Positions 38,601 to 49,008 of a stretch of 64,000 nucleotides of DNA are shown here, piece by piece. Both the position numbers and the translations under genes were made by a program. Position 1 is the first letter of the stretch, and the number at the start of each line of letters is the position of its first letter. This DNA is from Phoronis australis (lineage: Eukaryota; Animalia; Phoronida). The notes under the pieces were generated by a model that made no database searches, had not been told where the DNA came from, and worked only from the letters and a program-made list of their open reading frames with translations. The stretch lies in assembly GCA_002633005.1 (NCBI GenBank), contig NMRA01000201.1:641557-705556 (forward strand), written 5' to 3'.

Positions 38601-41600
38601 AGCCAGAGTTAAAAATAAAACTGAATAACAAAAAACGTAACTGATATATGTCATTTTCATTTTGCACTGTGTCAATTACAGCCAGATCTGGGATGTCACA
38701 GTGGGAGGCTTAATCACAACCTCTGAAGGACAAATATTCACAGTCACTTAAAAATGTTATACCTGCACCGCTTTTAGGTATCCAAAAAGGGGAGCGCCAA
38801 GCCAGGTTACCCGCCGCTGAATCAGTCTTGCCAATGATTGCCTTATTTGAAAATGATTAGGAAAATTTGAGCCATGAAGCTAAACATTTAAATACAAAAG
38901 TCTTACCACAATGATGTGAGCAAGATGAAATATGAAGAGCAGTGAACGCGCGTGTTGTAGATCCTCCTTTTGCCAGAACTTGTAAACGCCCTACAAGGAA
39001 AAATGTGGTTTAAGAACACAATCATGAAATTCAAAAAGAGAACACCTTAAGTTTTTAAATTCCATTGCGTGGATATCCTTGTTTGCTTGAGTGGTAATAA
39101 AATCCAAGAACTAACTTGGTGTGTTACATGTAGGACTACATTTTTGTTACAAGAGACAAACAACATTAAGAAGTGCTATACAAGATACTGTACAAAGTAT
39201 TCGCGGCTACGTGAATAACACCATCATGCACCCCATAGCAGGAGAGAGTTGCTAAATAACAAAATTGACAATTCATTTCATGTAGAACTGTCTCCAGTCT
39301 CAAGAAACAATTCTTGTGAGTGAAGTGAGTTCATTTTCTCAGGAAAACATAAAATCAAAATCATGGTAATTCTGCACTAATTTATTTTCCACAAAAATAA
39401 TTGCCAAAATTGAATTTGATCAACTTTGCAGCAAAGAATGTTGTTTTAAGACATCTACATAATACAAACTATCCTAATAACAGAATACAAAAATAATCTT
39501 TGTTCAAATTTGTAGAGAGATTTGGCAAAAAAAGAATATTTCACTTGTCGGCCATGTTGTGTGCTAAATACAAGGTGAAAAGCTACAGTTACTGTAGTGA
39601 TGATCAGGGTTCTCTCTCAGCAAAAATTGCAAACATGGCGCAAATCATTCTGCATCGTTTTTTGTATCCTAAATTCCTTCCTTTTATCAGTTGTTACATT
39701 ACTTACACTTGATGAGCATGTCGCTATCATTTTCACTGCAAAATAATAAAAATAAATACCCCTATGCAATAGAATTTCAACCTTTTGTCATGTACACCTG
39801 TACATGTAATTTTGACTCTTCAAATACGGTTAAAAATTTTAAACATGGCTCAGGGCTTTTCAAACATGGCTCAAGAATTCCTAACACGATGCAAAACATT
39901 TCAAACAAGGTGAAACCCCGTGTTTGAACACATGTAAGAATTGTAACTGTAGAAAAGTGATTATACTATTCTGTTGCACAATAAAGTTAGAGTAAATTAA
40001 TGCATAATTTATTAATTTATTTATGAGCACAGTGTAATACTGTAGGGCTTAAACACATGCTTGCTCAGGTATTGAAGTGAAAAGCAGCCTGATTTTTGAA
40101 AAACAATATTTTGTTTTATATTTTGAGGTAGAACCCGTTGTTTCTATGACATGGCGAGTTAGCGTTTTCCTTATTTCACATAACAACACAAGGATCCAAG
40201 TAAAATTCATTATATAATTATCGCTTCAACCGAAAAATTCACTGGTCCTGACTTGATGGATTCCAATTTTTTATCTTCTTCTTCTGCTCGACTTCATTAC
40301 TGCTGCATAGGACATAAAGAAATGAAGAATATTCCGTTGAACAACAACGCTTTCTCTGAGACAACCAGGAGTCTGTTTTGTGAACAAAGAGTTGAGACGG
40401 AAGTGTAGTCCTTTGCCTCCATACGTCAACTACTTCAGAAAAATAATGAAATAGCCCTTTAGTAAAAGTGCAAAGTCTCTGCGAGCACAGACAAAACTGC
40501 TAAGTTATAATTTTCAAAAAGTATACAGTCTAGACTGTGAGACGGGCTCATATCTATTAGTGTATCAAATGACTCAATCTTTTCTTAGCAATTGTGAAAT
40601 GGAAGTGTCAGACCAAATGCCCGTCTTAAGTCTTAGCCACATCGTGAATTTTATGTTTTTTTACATATGGTCCATGCTATTACTGGAAACTACCAGCTAA
40701 ATCTACTGACAAGTGAGCCCTAAACAACTAGCCTTCTAAAATCTGCAACATTGTTTTATGTCAGGTAACGCAATATACATCTAGGACTACTCACATTTTC
40801 AGATATTTCATCTGCTAGGGTCTGACACTGGTTGACCAACACTGTCGTGTCGTGAACAGTGTTTAGGCACAAATACAAAGTCCGCTCACATTGGTTGTAG
40901 TAACCCTCGATGAAGCACTGGGAATAAACCATGTAATATCACTTAAAATGGTTCTGGTATAAAGTTATAGCAGTTTCAATTTGTAAACACCAGATTGTTT
41001 GAAGTGAGAGCAGCCAAAAATCTGAAACGTATTTCAAACTGAGATACAGCAAGAACATCGCATCAGTGTGCCAAAATGCTTCCTATGAGCTGGACACCAT
41101 TCCATACTCACTGCTGGTAAATTTCAGGGCAAAATTCCTGCACCAATTACTTGTGGTCCATTACGTATCAAGTAGCATCAGACAATACCATACACTATTG
41201 TTGGGATAGGTTCAGGTTTCTTGAACGGGGCAATTCAGCGGTTTCTGCTGAAATCAATTCTACTTTCTGCGCAGCAAATATTCAAGATTGGCCAGTCAAC
41301 AGAATACAAATACTCAATAGAGCTCTTAGTTAAGTATGCACTAATTTTTGTCTTTGTGTACAAATCTGGACCCATCGCTTTTGAATTTCCAAGCATCAAG
41401 TGGTAACAAAATTAGATGTTAACTCTTACAGAATTAATTGTGACAAACTTCGCAAAATCAAAATATAACAATTTGACATTTTTGATGTAATAGTTAATTC
41501 TTACAGTGGTTGAGTTATCAAAATACGAGTGGACATCTCAATAGAGCATAGTTGCATGCCCTAACGAAATTGTCACACTAGTTGTAAGGCCCGAAGATGT

Positions 41601-42799
41601 GATTGCAATGATCATACTTTTTGAAAGTGTTATTGACAAAATTAATTAAGTAGATAATTAATCAAGGATGACCTGTACTTTTGGTCTGACATTGAAATTG
41701 TTGCACGGGACGAGTTTTGTTTTTCATTTTGTTATTAATATAAGGTTCATTTTTATCTGAAAGCATAATTATGGCCACCATTAAGTAACATTTAATGATT
41801 TATTATAATGCCAAAACGTCTTTACTACAGAACTGTTTCAAACATGTCCAAAATTTTAGGAAACATCAAGTTTTGGAACCCAATATATTTTTGCTACTTA
41901 ACAGTTCGAATGGTTGTGGACTATCCACATGTAAGACATAGTTATGATTTCATAAGCATGCTAGTTCGCTTTCTTCATTTTTAGGCATCTCCAATGGATG
42001 TTCAGTGCATGATTTCAATTTTTAATTAAAATTAAAGGAGGTGAACTAACCATGTTATGCAACTTCATACTTACCTGACATCTGTTTGACACTGGCTCCC
42101 CAGACAGATGTCCAAAACCCGATTTCTGAAATTAAAATGGCAAGTCAATTTGTAGAAAATATAACGACCTATACATGCAAAAAAGAATAATTACATGTTC
42201 TGAGGTTTCATAGCTTTTCTAACAGAACTAAAGTTGATTTCAATTGTACAGAATTTTGGGCGATAAGAAAACAAAGTTGTGTTACAGTCAACATCAGAAC
42301 AGTTTTCACTTTCTGAACGAAAATTATGAAATGCCAATCTTTAACGAATGCTTGTCCAAGTAGCCATTATTTCAAACATTAACTGACTTTGTAAAAATTA
42401 ATTAAACTGGACAATGCAAAGTGACTGTAACCTGTAACATTAAATAACAAAAAGTACTATTCACAATTATTTAATTTTCAAAACAAGTACCTGTCTAAAC
42501 TGTAAAAAACAACTCTGTAACTTGAGATTTTATGAAATGGGAAACAAGATATCTTTGGGTTTAGAAGCAGATCTGGTTGGAGCAATAACAAATATTTCTA
42601 TCTGGCAACACAAGAGAAACTGAGACACACTTAACGTCACAGGCAACAGAGCAGAAAACACCGACTTACAAGAAAGACATCCTTGCCTATCAGACCATTA
42701 GTTATAGACCCTTTTGAGAAGAAATGGTTAGAGCTCTCTTTGCCCACAACAGCAACAACACACACTTTGTCCTCTTTGACATCATCGGGTAAAAAACTA
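20648..42799 (-). CDS. SMG8: SMG8 nonsense-mediated mRNA decay factor (multi-exon; extreme 5' end uncertain)
   Basis: In-frame GT-AG exons: 42799-42670 (EDKVCVVAVVGK), 42125-42075, 40917-40795 (IEGYYNQCERTLYL), 38990-38907, 38358-38291, 37909-37685 (RLEHSIEDQIYRILRKSRVITN), 36467-36334, 35336-35140 (GFNDNVGR), 34491-34349, 32141-32054, 31516-31361 (QHARGPA...FWKNGHQLCEEVSL), 30746-30615 (ACNCGRTQADRDDPF), 29220-29022 (LSLALSLG), 28713-28588, 28168-28019 (STTEYLAGM...LLPKFSSWSL), 26878-26741 (YLLPWD), 24032-23914 (YVGVEYECPRGRRF), 23580-23522 (DMPLY), 22499-22314 (AQLMRVFV), 20753-20648 (stop). These motifs are collinear with human SMG8 as I recall it. Confidence 0.95.
20754..22313 (-). other. 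Putative U12-type (minor spliceosome) GT-AG intron, last intron of SMG8
   Basis: Donor GTATCTTTT; 3' end TTCACTTTAACTGCATCCAG (branch-like CTTTAAC 9 nt before the exon, no pyrimidine tract); this junction restores LRLPYIY. Confidence 0.7.
21843..21906 (-). mobile_element. Degenerate tRNA-derived SINE head
   Basis: Minus strand GACAGTGTGGCTCAGTGGTTTGAG (A box) ... CCCGGATTTTAATCCGGG (degenerate B box and T stem). Confidence 0.55.
29302..30385. repeat. Tandem intronic duplicate (29302-29844 / 29846-30385) across a single N; likely haplotype artefact
   Basis: Near-identical ~540-bp copies, both ending in a poly-C run; N at 29845. Confidence 0.9.
32541..35591. repeat. Tandem duplicate (32541-34039 / 34041-35591) repeating two SMG8 exons; likely haplotype artefact
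   Basis: Single N at 34040; extra exon copies at 33784-33588 and 32934-32792; copy 2 has a ~60-bp intronic insertion near 34080-34143. Confidence 0.9.
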
Positions 42800-44260
42800 C
42801 TGCAAACAGAAGGATAAAATAGGGTAAGATCTAACCAACACAAAAATACCAAACAATGAACCACGTACTATTACCGTCCAATATCCAGCCTTTCCATGGG
42901 TGCTGTCCTTTGGTAAAGTACAGGCTAAAAATTTTCAAACGAAATGAATCGGAAGATCTCATATATCGGCAGTGGTCAGGACTATTTCGGCGGTCTCCAA
43001 AAGAAAGCAAGGTACATGCAAACCAGATGTCATGATTTAGCTTTGCAAGCCACAAATTATATTAACGTTTTGTTTACCTAAATGTCTTGCTCATCAAAAT
43101 GCCCACGAGGCGGGTGCATCCCCCCCTTAACCAGTGGATAGGGGGGAATCCTTACCCCATTTTTAGGTCAAAATCAATGAAATGCGTAACCCGGGATAGG
43201 GTCAAATTTTTTGGGTCAACATAAATAAAATGCCCTTGTGGCCGGCATACCCTGCCGTAACTCGGGGAAAGTGTTTGATTAATATTTTAGTGTTCAGATG
43301 CTTTAGTCATTTTAGCTAAAACCTTTAAAAAGTCTAGCGCGAGCCTACAGATGGATAGGCAAGATGAAAACAAGACGAGTAAGAGAGACATTCCACTGAC
43401 ATTGTCTTGGACAAATTCAAAAATCTAGCTCCATCAGCGGAAACCAGACACAGGCGTTTATTTTGCTCTAGATGAATTTGAACTTGAAAACTTTGTGAAA
43501 TTAAAAACTGGAAAAAGTAATGCATTTCATGAGCAACGTTGACAAATTCTGTTACTTTAGATGTTCCCCAGTATCTGTCCCCTTCTTTTGCATAAAAATT
43601 GTGTGAAAATTAATACCATGAAATTAGTTAATTAGTGGCACTAAAATGTCACTTCCATTATCAGGTTATAAAGTCAGTGCCCCACTTCTGAGTTGTTTTA
43701 GTTTGGATTCACTTCGCAAATAACTTACTAAAAATTGGAAGAACTATGAAGGAATAAGTCTGTCTCACAGTCAAACTCACTCACAGTCACACTCACTCAC
43801 AGTCACACTAACAGTCACACTCATATTCGTCAAATGTTGATTCTAGTACTATCTTAATTTTGTACCAATTTTAAAAGTTGCAGAGCAGCTGTCTAATACA
43901 TGACAAAAGAATTTTGGTAGATTTTCTGTCTGACCTAATTTTAAGTGACCTTGATAAACCATGAAGTGTATGTAATAAATAATATTTTAATCTTTGAAAC
44001 AAAACCTTAACCTTAGCCTAGGCTTAGGCTAGCTCAGGCAATTCCGTTGCCATGGATGCCGCAGGCATTCAGGGGGGATAATACATCCCCACAAAAAGTT
44101 ACGAATTTCAAAATACAGGAAATAAAATCAAATGAAACATGCAATGATATGTGCACATGGAATTATAAATAACACATAACATAAGTCTGGAGACTATTCA
44201 GTCAAGATAATTTGAACAAATGGTTGGAAATCTGTTGCGGTTTGCTCGAGTTTCTCTTAC

Positions 44261-45503
44261 CCGGGGTGCCATTTTGAGGAAGTTACGTGAAATCACACAT
44301 GTTGACCAATAAAAACTCCAATGGACACAAACCTTACAAATTTCATCTGATACCCGTCCCATGCTATTTTGCAAGTGCCACACGCCAGCATCACGTGCTT
44401 CACTCAGTCTCGCGCTAGCCTTTGCCTAACTCACGTGACTCAGTTGAAATACTTTGTGGTTATTGCGTGCATGGTGAAAAAGTTAGCGGTAACCAAAAAA
44501 GTGGAGTTGGAATTCTTCGCCAAAGTCACCTTAATTCTCGCAATTCATCGAAGATATGTGTAGACATTAGTAGAAAAAAGGACCACTGGAGTCAGTAAGA
44601 GCTTTTTAAGTGATAGTTTTAAGTGTGGAACATATTGTAGTAATAGCCGAGATTACCTGACCCGGGAATCGAACCAGCGACCCCCATAAAACCGGCAAGC
44701 GTGCTAACCATTCAGCTAATAGGCAATAGCCAGTTAGCGAGTAGCTAACAGAGGCTCATATGATTCACCGGAAGCACATCTACAACAGTATTTTTGACGA
44801 GGTGAAAACTCTTACTCAGTGACCGGATTTGGCCTACCGACCTTTTAAACTACACGGGACGAAATTCGTACATAAAGCGATGGGAAGTATTGTAGCCCCT
44901 AACCGGCCAAGAAGCTACGACGAGGCTTTGCTAGAGATCGCGAGCCGTTCATCCTCTAATTCAGTTGCTGAAACTTATTCGCTAAGCTACGGACTGCTTA
45001 TCACAATTAGTGTCAACGATCAATGGCAAAGGGTTTTGTTAGAGAAAATGTTACGCATATTTTACCACGTATTGTCTAATGGTTCGTCTGCAGAAATTAT
45101 AAATCTTCTATCTATGGAGGCAGACATTTTTGTAATCTCTGACTCCTCTGTCTAAGGCCAAGTTAACCACCAGAAATTAATATCGCTTTTTTGACAATAA
45201 CGACTAATATTTTTTATTACTAATTGTCTGAGAAGTGTTCATTATCTTTCTACAAAGGCAGATAAATGTTTCTTGAAAGAATGTCAGAGTATAGATCGAG
45301 ATTTTTGATCAGCGCCACCTGGTTTTCCCGCAAATCAAGTTCGAATTTTGTAAACAAAGGCACATGACGAGCGTTTCGGCAGTGGTCGAACAGTAGCGTG
45401 AACTATTCACATTTTCGTTGAATTTGACCACACGAGCGGTTGGGAAAGGTGTAATATACACGACTTGTTTCGAAAATCACTCAGTAGGTGTTTTATGTAA
45501 TCG
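44261..45503. promoter_or_regulatory. Candidate bidirectional promoter between SMG8 (-) and KLHL17 (+)
   Basis: Minus: YY1-like AAAATGGC overlapping ATG GCA CCC CGG|GTAAGA (44272-44261). E-boxes TCACGTG at 44391 and TCACGTGAC at 44431. Plus: CpG-richer segment ending in a strong donor TCG|GTAAGT at 45503/45504. Function inferred. Confidence 0.5.
44636..44784 (-). mobile_element. 149-bp TGTAG...CTACA element containing a tRNA-like sequence (solo-LTR-like or SINE)
   Basis: Minus strand: TGTAGATGTG...TAGCTGAATGGTTAG (A box)...GGTTCGATTCCC (B box)...ATTACTACA. The acceptor and anticodon stems do not pair, so it is not a functional tRNA. Confidence 0.55.
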
Positions 45504-46264
45504 GTAAGTTGTGCAATTTTAGGGTTTGAAGTTGTTTTTGTCTGCCATTTTAGATCAGCTGAGTGAAGAACAATGGCATTTTGCTTGGCAGTCTTCCCAG
45601 TGCGTGGCGATTCAATAGACTGTGTTTATCTGGCTTTGTTCTCCTCTGCACGTGGTAGGGAGTTGTTTTTAGATTCATGGCAGGACTGCATCAATGTTGG
45701 TATTTTAAAATAAGTGCACTCAAACTCACAGTAAGTTCATGGTCAGGCAACAACAACTTTGGGTCAGTCACGTTTGTTTTTTTATGATAATTATAAAAAA
45801 TTGCATTGATTGTGTATTCAGGCCAGGGTAATTTGGTAATGACTAATGTCCAATGCTGTTGGATATTTCTATTATATAAACAGTTTGTGGTGAAGTAAAT
45901 GTGTGTTGATTTTCTTTATCACTTAAAATTAGGTGGAGCACAATTCTGTCCGGGTCATCTTACAATAGCATTATGATTTCTTTGTCTGGATTGCAGTTTA
46001 GATATTTTAACATGGTGGCTTTGCTCTCTGAGCTTTACTCATTAGATTGGTTCATTAAACATTATTAGGACAGTGGAAGTGAGTAGTGTGGATTGTTGTC
46101 GTTATAACAACAACAAAAATTTTTATGAGTTGATATGTCACAGACACACATAATCAGCTGCTTGTCATGGCACTATATAGTGTCTATGTATAGTAAATTG
46201 ATATTGTAGTATACCAGTGAGCGGCTGATGAGAGTGCTTGTGATATTTGTTGGACATGGTGCTT

Positions 46265-47540
46265 CATTGTCTCGTAATAGGGCTATCCTTGGCGATAGAA
46301 CTCTCTTTCTGTCCCGGAGATAAGAATGTGCTTGGCCTAGTTTTGGAAATCGCGCGCATTTTTATGTCTCTCATTGATGCAGGGAACGGAAAGAATTTCA
46401 GATCACGCATCCACTGGTATTAGTCCAGTCGATCGTCAAACTTTTTTACGTCAGAGTTGCAGCCCACCCCTTACAAAAAAACACAGCAGTAGGCCTACTG
46501 TATAATACTTCATTGGCATTGGAAGGACAAATAGACTACCGTATATTGGATGCAACCAAGAAAAAATTGTAAAGAATTGAGACAACAACAAATAATGTGA
46601 AACTCGTGAGACAGCAAAATGTTCTGCCTGATGTTTATAGCATTGTGGGTAATAATACCAAGATTCTAGTTTCGCTTTGTAATCTAGGACGGCCCTATTA
46701 TTGTTGTGGACAAAGAGTGAAATGTTTCCATACATATTTCTTTGGTTTTGTTTAGCAGTAATTATTTGAACATGGGACTTTAATGACAAGGCTTTGCTGG
46801 ATTCGCCATTTTCCCAATGATCTTTTCACATGCCAATTTGACATATGTTCCAATATTTAGAGTTGGATTCATTGTGCTCGAGTATTCCTTTAGCAAGTGT
46901 GGTCATGTCTTCAGGGTAGGAGTTTCTTTCTATTGCGGTGATTACTGTTTTTCTGGTTGCTGGCACATTGCTCTGGATTTTGAATTTCCGGTGGCACTCC
47001 ACAAAAGGGTACGAGAATAATATCCTCCAGTATGTGGCGAAAGTAATCAGGTGAATCCCTACCATGATGGCTAGTTCTGTTTTTAAAAAATAGCTGGCCA
47101 TAGCTATTATCGCAGGGAAATTTTTACGGATCTAGCTTACCATCTTACTAACTTCCTTAGTACATTACTAGTTACAATTCGCTTCATTCTCGGCCATGAG
47201 AAAAGTCTATTTTGAGAAAGAATTTGGCTTAAGTCACAATGAGGGAAAAATTCCAAGTCGTCTTGTCTGGATACATTTGCTGTACTCTGTACTTGTTCAC
47301 CATGTCTGTGTCACTGTAGAGCTCCTCGTTGATTTGCCCTTAAGTGCCGACTGGTTTGACCTCCAAGTTCGTCCTTTCCTTAGATACACCCAGCTTTGCG
47401 TGATCGTGTCTTTTTATCCATTCAACAAGGTAGCCGCAGGGAAGAATGCATCCGGACCCGGTCTTTCACAAAACCACGAGTTAATTCAAAATTTTCAACA
47501 TTTTTGTAAAGTTTTTCACCATTTCAATGTTCTTATTATG
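46265..47540 (-). pseudogene. Decayed intronless coding sequence; candidate endogenous viral element (negative-strand RNA virus L/RdRp-like)
   Basis: 47101-46451 is one ~217-codon frame with a single TGA (46826-46828). Motif-like words in RdRp order: YLVE, DKTTWN, YFLKTELAIMVGIH, CEKIIGKMANPAK (shifted frame), GNISLF. No SDD motif visible. Confidence 0.4.
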
Positions 47541-48116
47541 TGTGATGTTTTGTTTTAATTTTGACTGTTTCGACTGCAGGGTTATGTTAGATGCAACCTG
47601 CATGTACCAATATATATGGTAGCTTATTCACCTGTTTAACGCACAATATGGAGGCCAGAGAAATTCTATTACAGTGTGATTTGTGATGTCATTAAAATGG
47701 CATTGAGGTATTTATTGTAATAGATATTTGCAGCAAAGTACAGTAATCAGTCTTAAAGAGACTGTTTTGGTAATTACCGGCAATCTTGTGTGAAAAGATG
47801 ATCTTAAATCTTTTTATATTTGAATGTACCCATGCATCTTTCATATAGTTGCCTGCTCAAAATCACTTTTAGCCTCCTTTATCTTCCAAGCAGCGTTAGA
47901 TTACACCCCTATGCAAGCAAGACTTCCATGTTTGCGGGAACAGGGCGTCCTTACACCTGCATACAGTTGTCTCGAAAAGTACATTTCTCAGCCAGCGCTT
48001 GTGTTATTCCACAAACACTGGCTAAGAAATGTACTTTTTTAAACTTATCAACTGATCTTTTGTTAAATTAATGTAGTCGCACTCCGTAGATTTTTATAGA
48101 GGTGGCGCTAGTCCAC

Positions 48117-49008
48117 CAGGCCTTCATGCAGCGTACGTCCTGGGCGTCCATTTGGACGCCCTAGCACTAATATAGACGCCCTGGCAAGGACGCCCAATGT
48201 ATCATTTGGACGCCCTGTCAATCAGAATTTCTCCAGTTTGGACACCCACATTGAAAGATTACTAAGACTCCCAGTTAATCAAAGCGGGAAGTTGGCCCTT
48301 TCAACTCGGAAAGAGATATACAAAGTATTTGAAATGTTGCAATATTCAAACTACTTGGTAGACCTGTCAATCATTAGCACGTGGTTGGTTGCCAGAGTGT
48401 CTGCTTTCAATAGACTCACATGCCACTGCCATTCTGTACTTTATATAGGGACATGGACCTTGCTTAACTCCAAACTGGTGTTTCAGAGCTGTAATTTCAT
48501 GTACTTCATCTTTTTTTAAAAATACCAAAAGCAAAATAAATGTCATTACTTTAATAATATGATGTGCCGCAAGAATATCCCCATTTAAAATGTTTGAGTT
48601 TTCGCCTGTTTCATGCTTTTCTATGTGCGTCTAAAATGGAGCAGCAGTGACACCTGTTGTCAAAATATAAACCACACATCATNNNNNNNNNNNNNNNNNN
48701 NNNNNNNNNNNNNNNNNNNNNNNNNNNNNNNNNNNNNNNNNNNNNNNNNNNNNNNNNNNNNNNNNNNNNNNNNNNNNNNNNNNNNNNNNNNNNNNNNNNN
48801 NNNNNNNNNNNNNNNNNNNNNNNNNNNNNNNNNNNNNNNNNNNNNNNNNNNNNNNNNNNNNNNNNNNNNNNNNNNNNNNNNNNNNNNNNNNNNNNNNNNN
48901 NNNNNNNGAGGACGGGGGGGGGTAATGCGGCGTTGGAATCATGGACGCCCTGGAATATTGAGAACCCATTTTGGACACCCTATGTTCGAAATCCTAGATG
49001 AAGCCCTG
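48117..49008. mobile_element. hAT-like non-autonomous element with GGACGCCC subterminal repeats
   Basis: TIRs CAGGCCTTCATGCAG / CTAGATGAAGCCCTG; 8-bp TSD TAGTCCAC at 48109-48116 and 49009-49016; spans the N gap. Confidence 0.85.
48683..48906. other. Assembly gap (N run)
   Basis: Run of Ns. Confidence 0.99.

Noticed and set aside
44655-44724. Functional tRNA gene
   Set aside because: A and B boxes are present but the acceptor and anticodon stems do not pair; no terminator T-run follows.
46826-46828. In-frame TGA as possible selenocysteine or read-through codon
   Set aside because: No redox motif or evident SECIS; neighbouring frames have other stops and frameshifts, consistent with decay.
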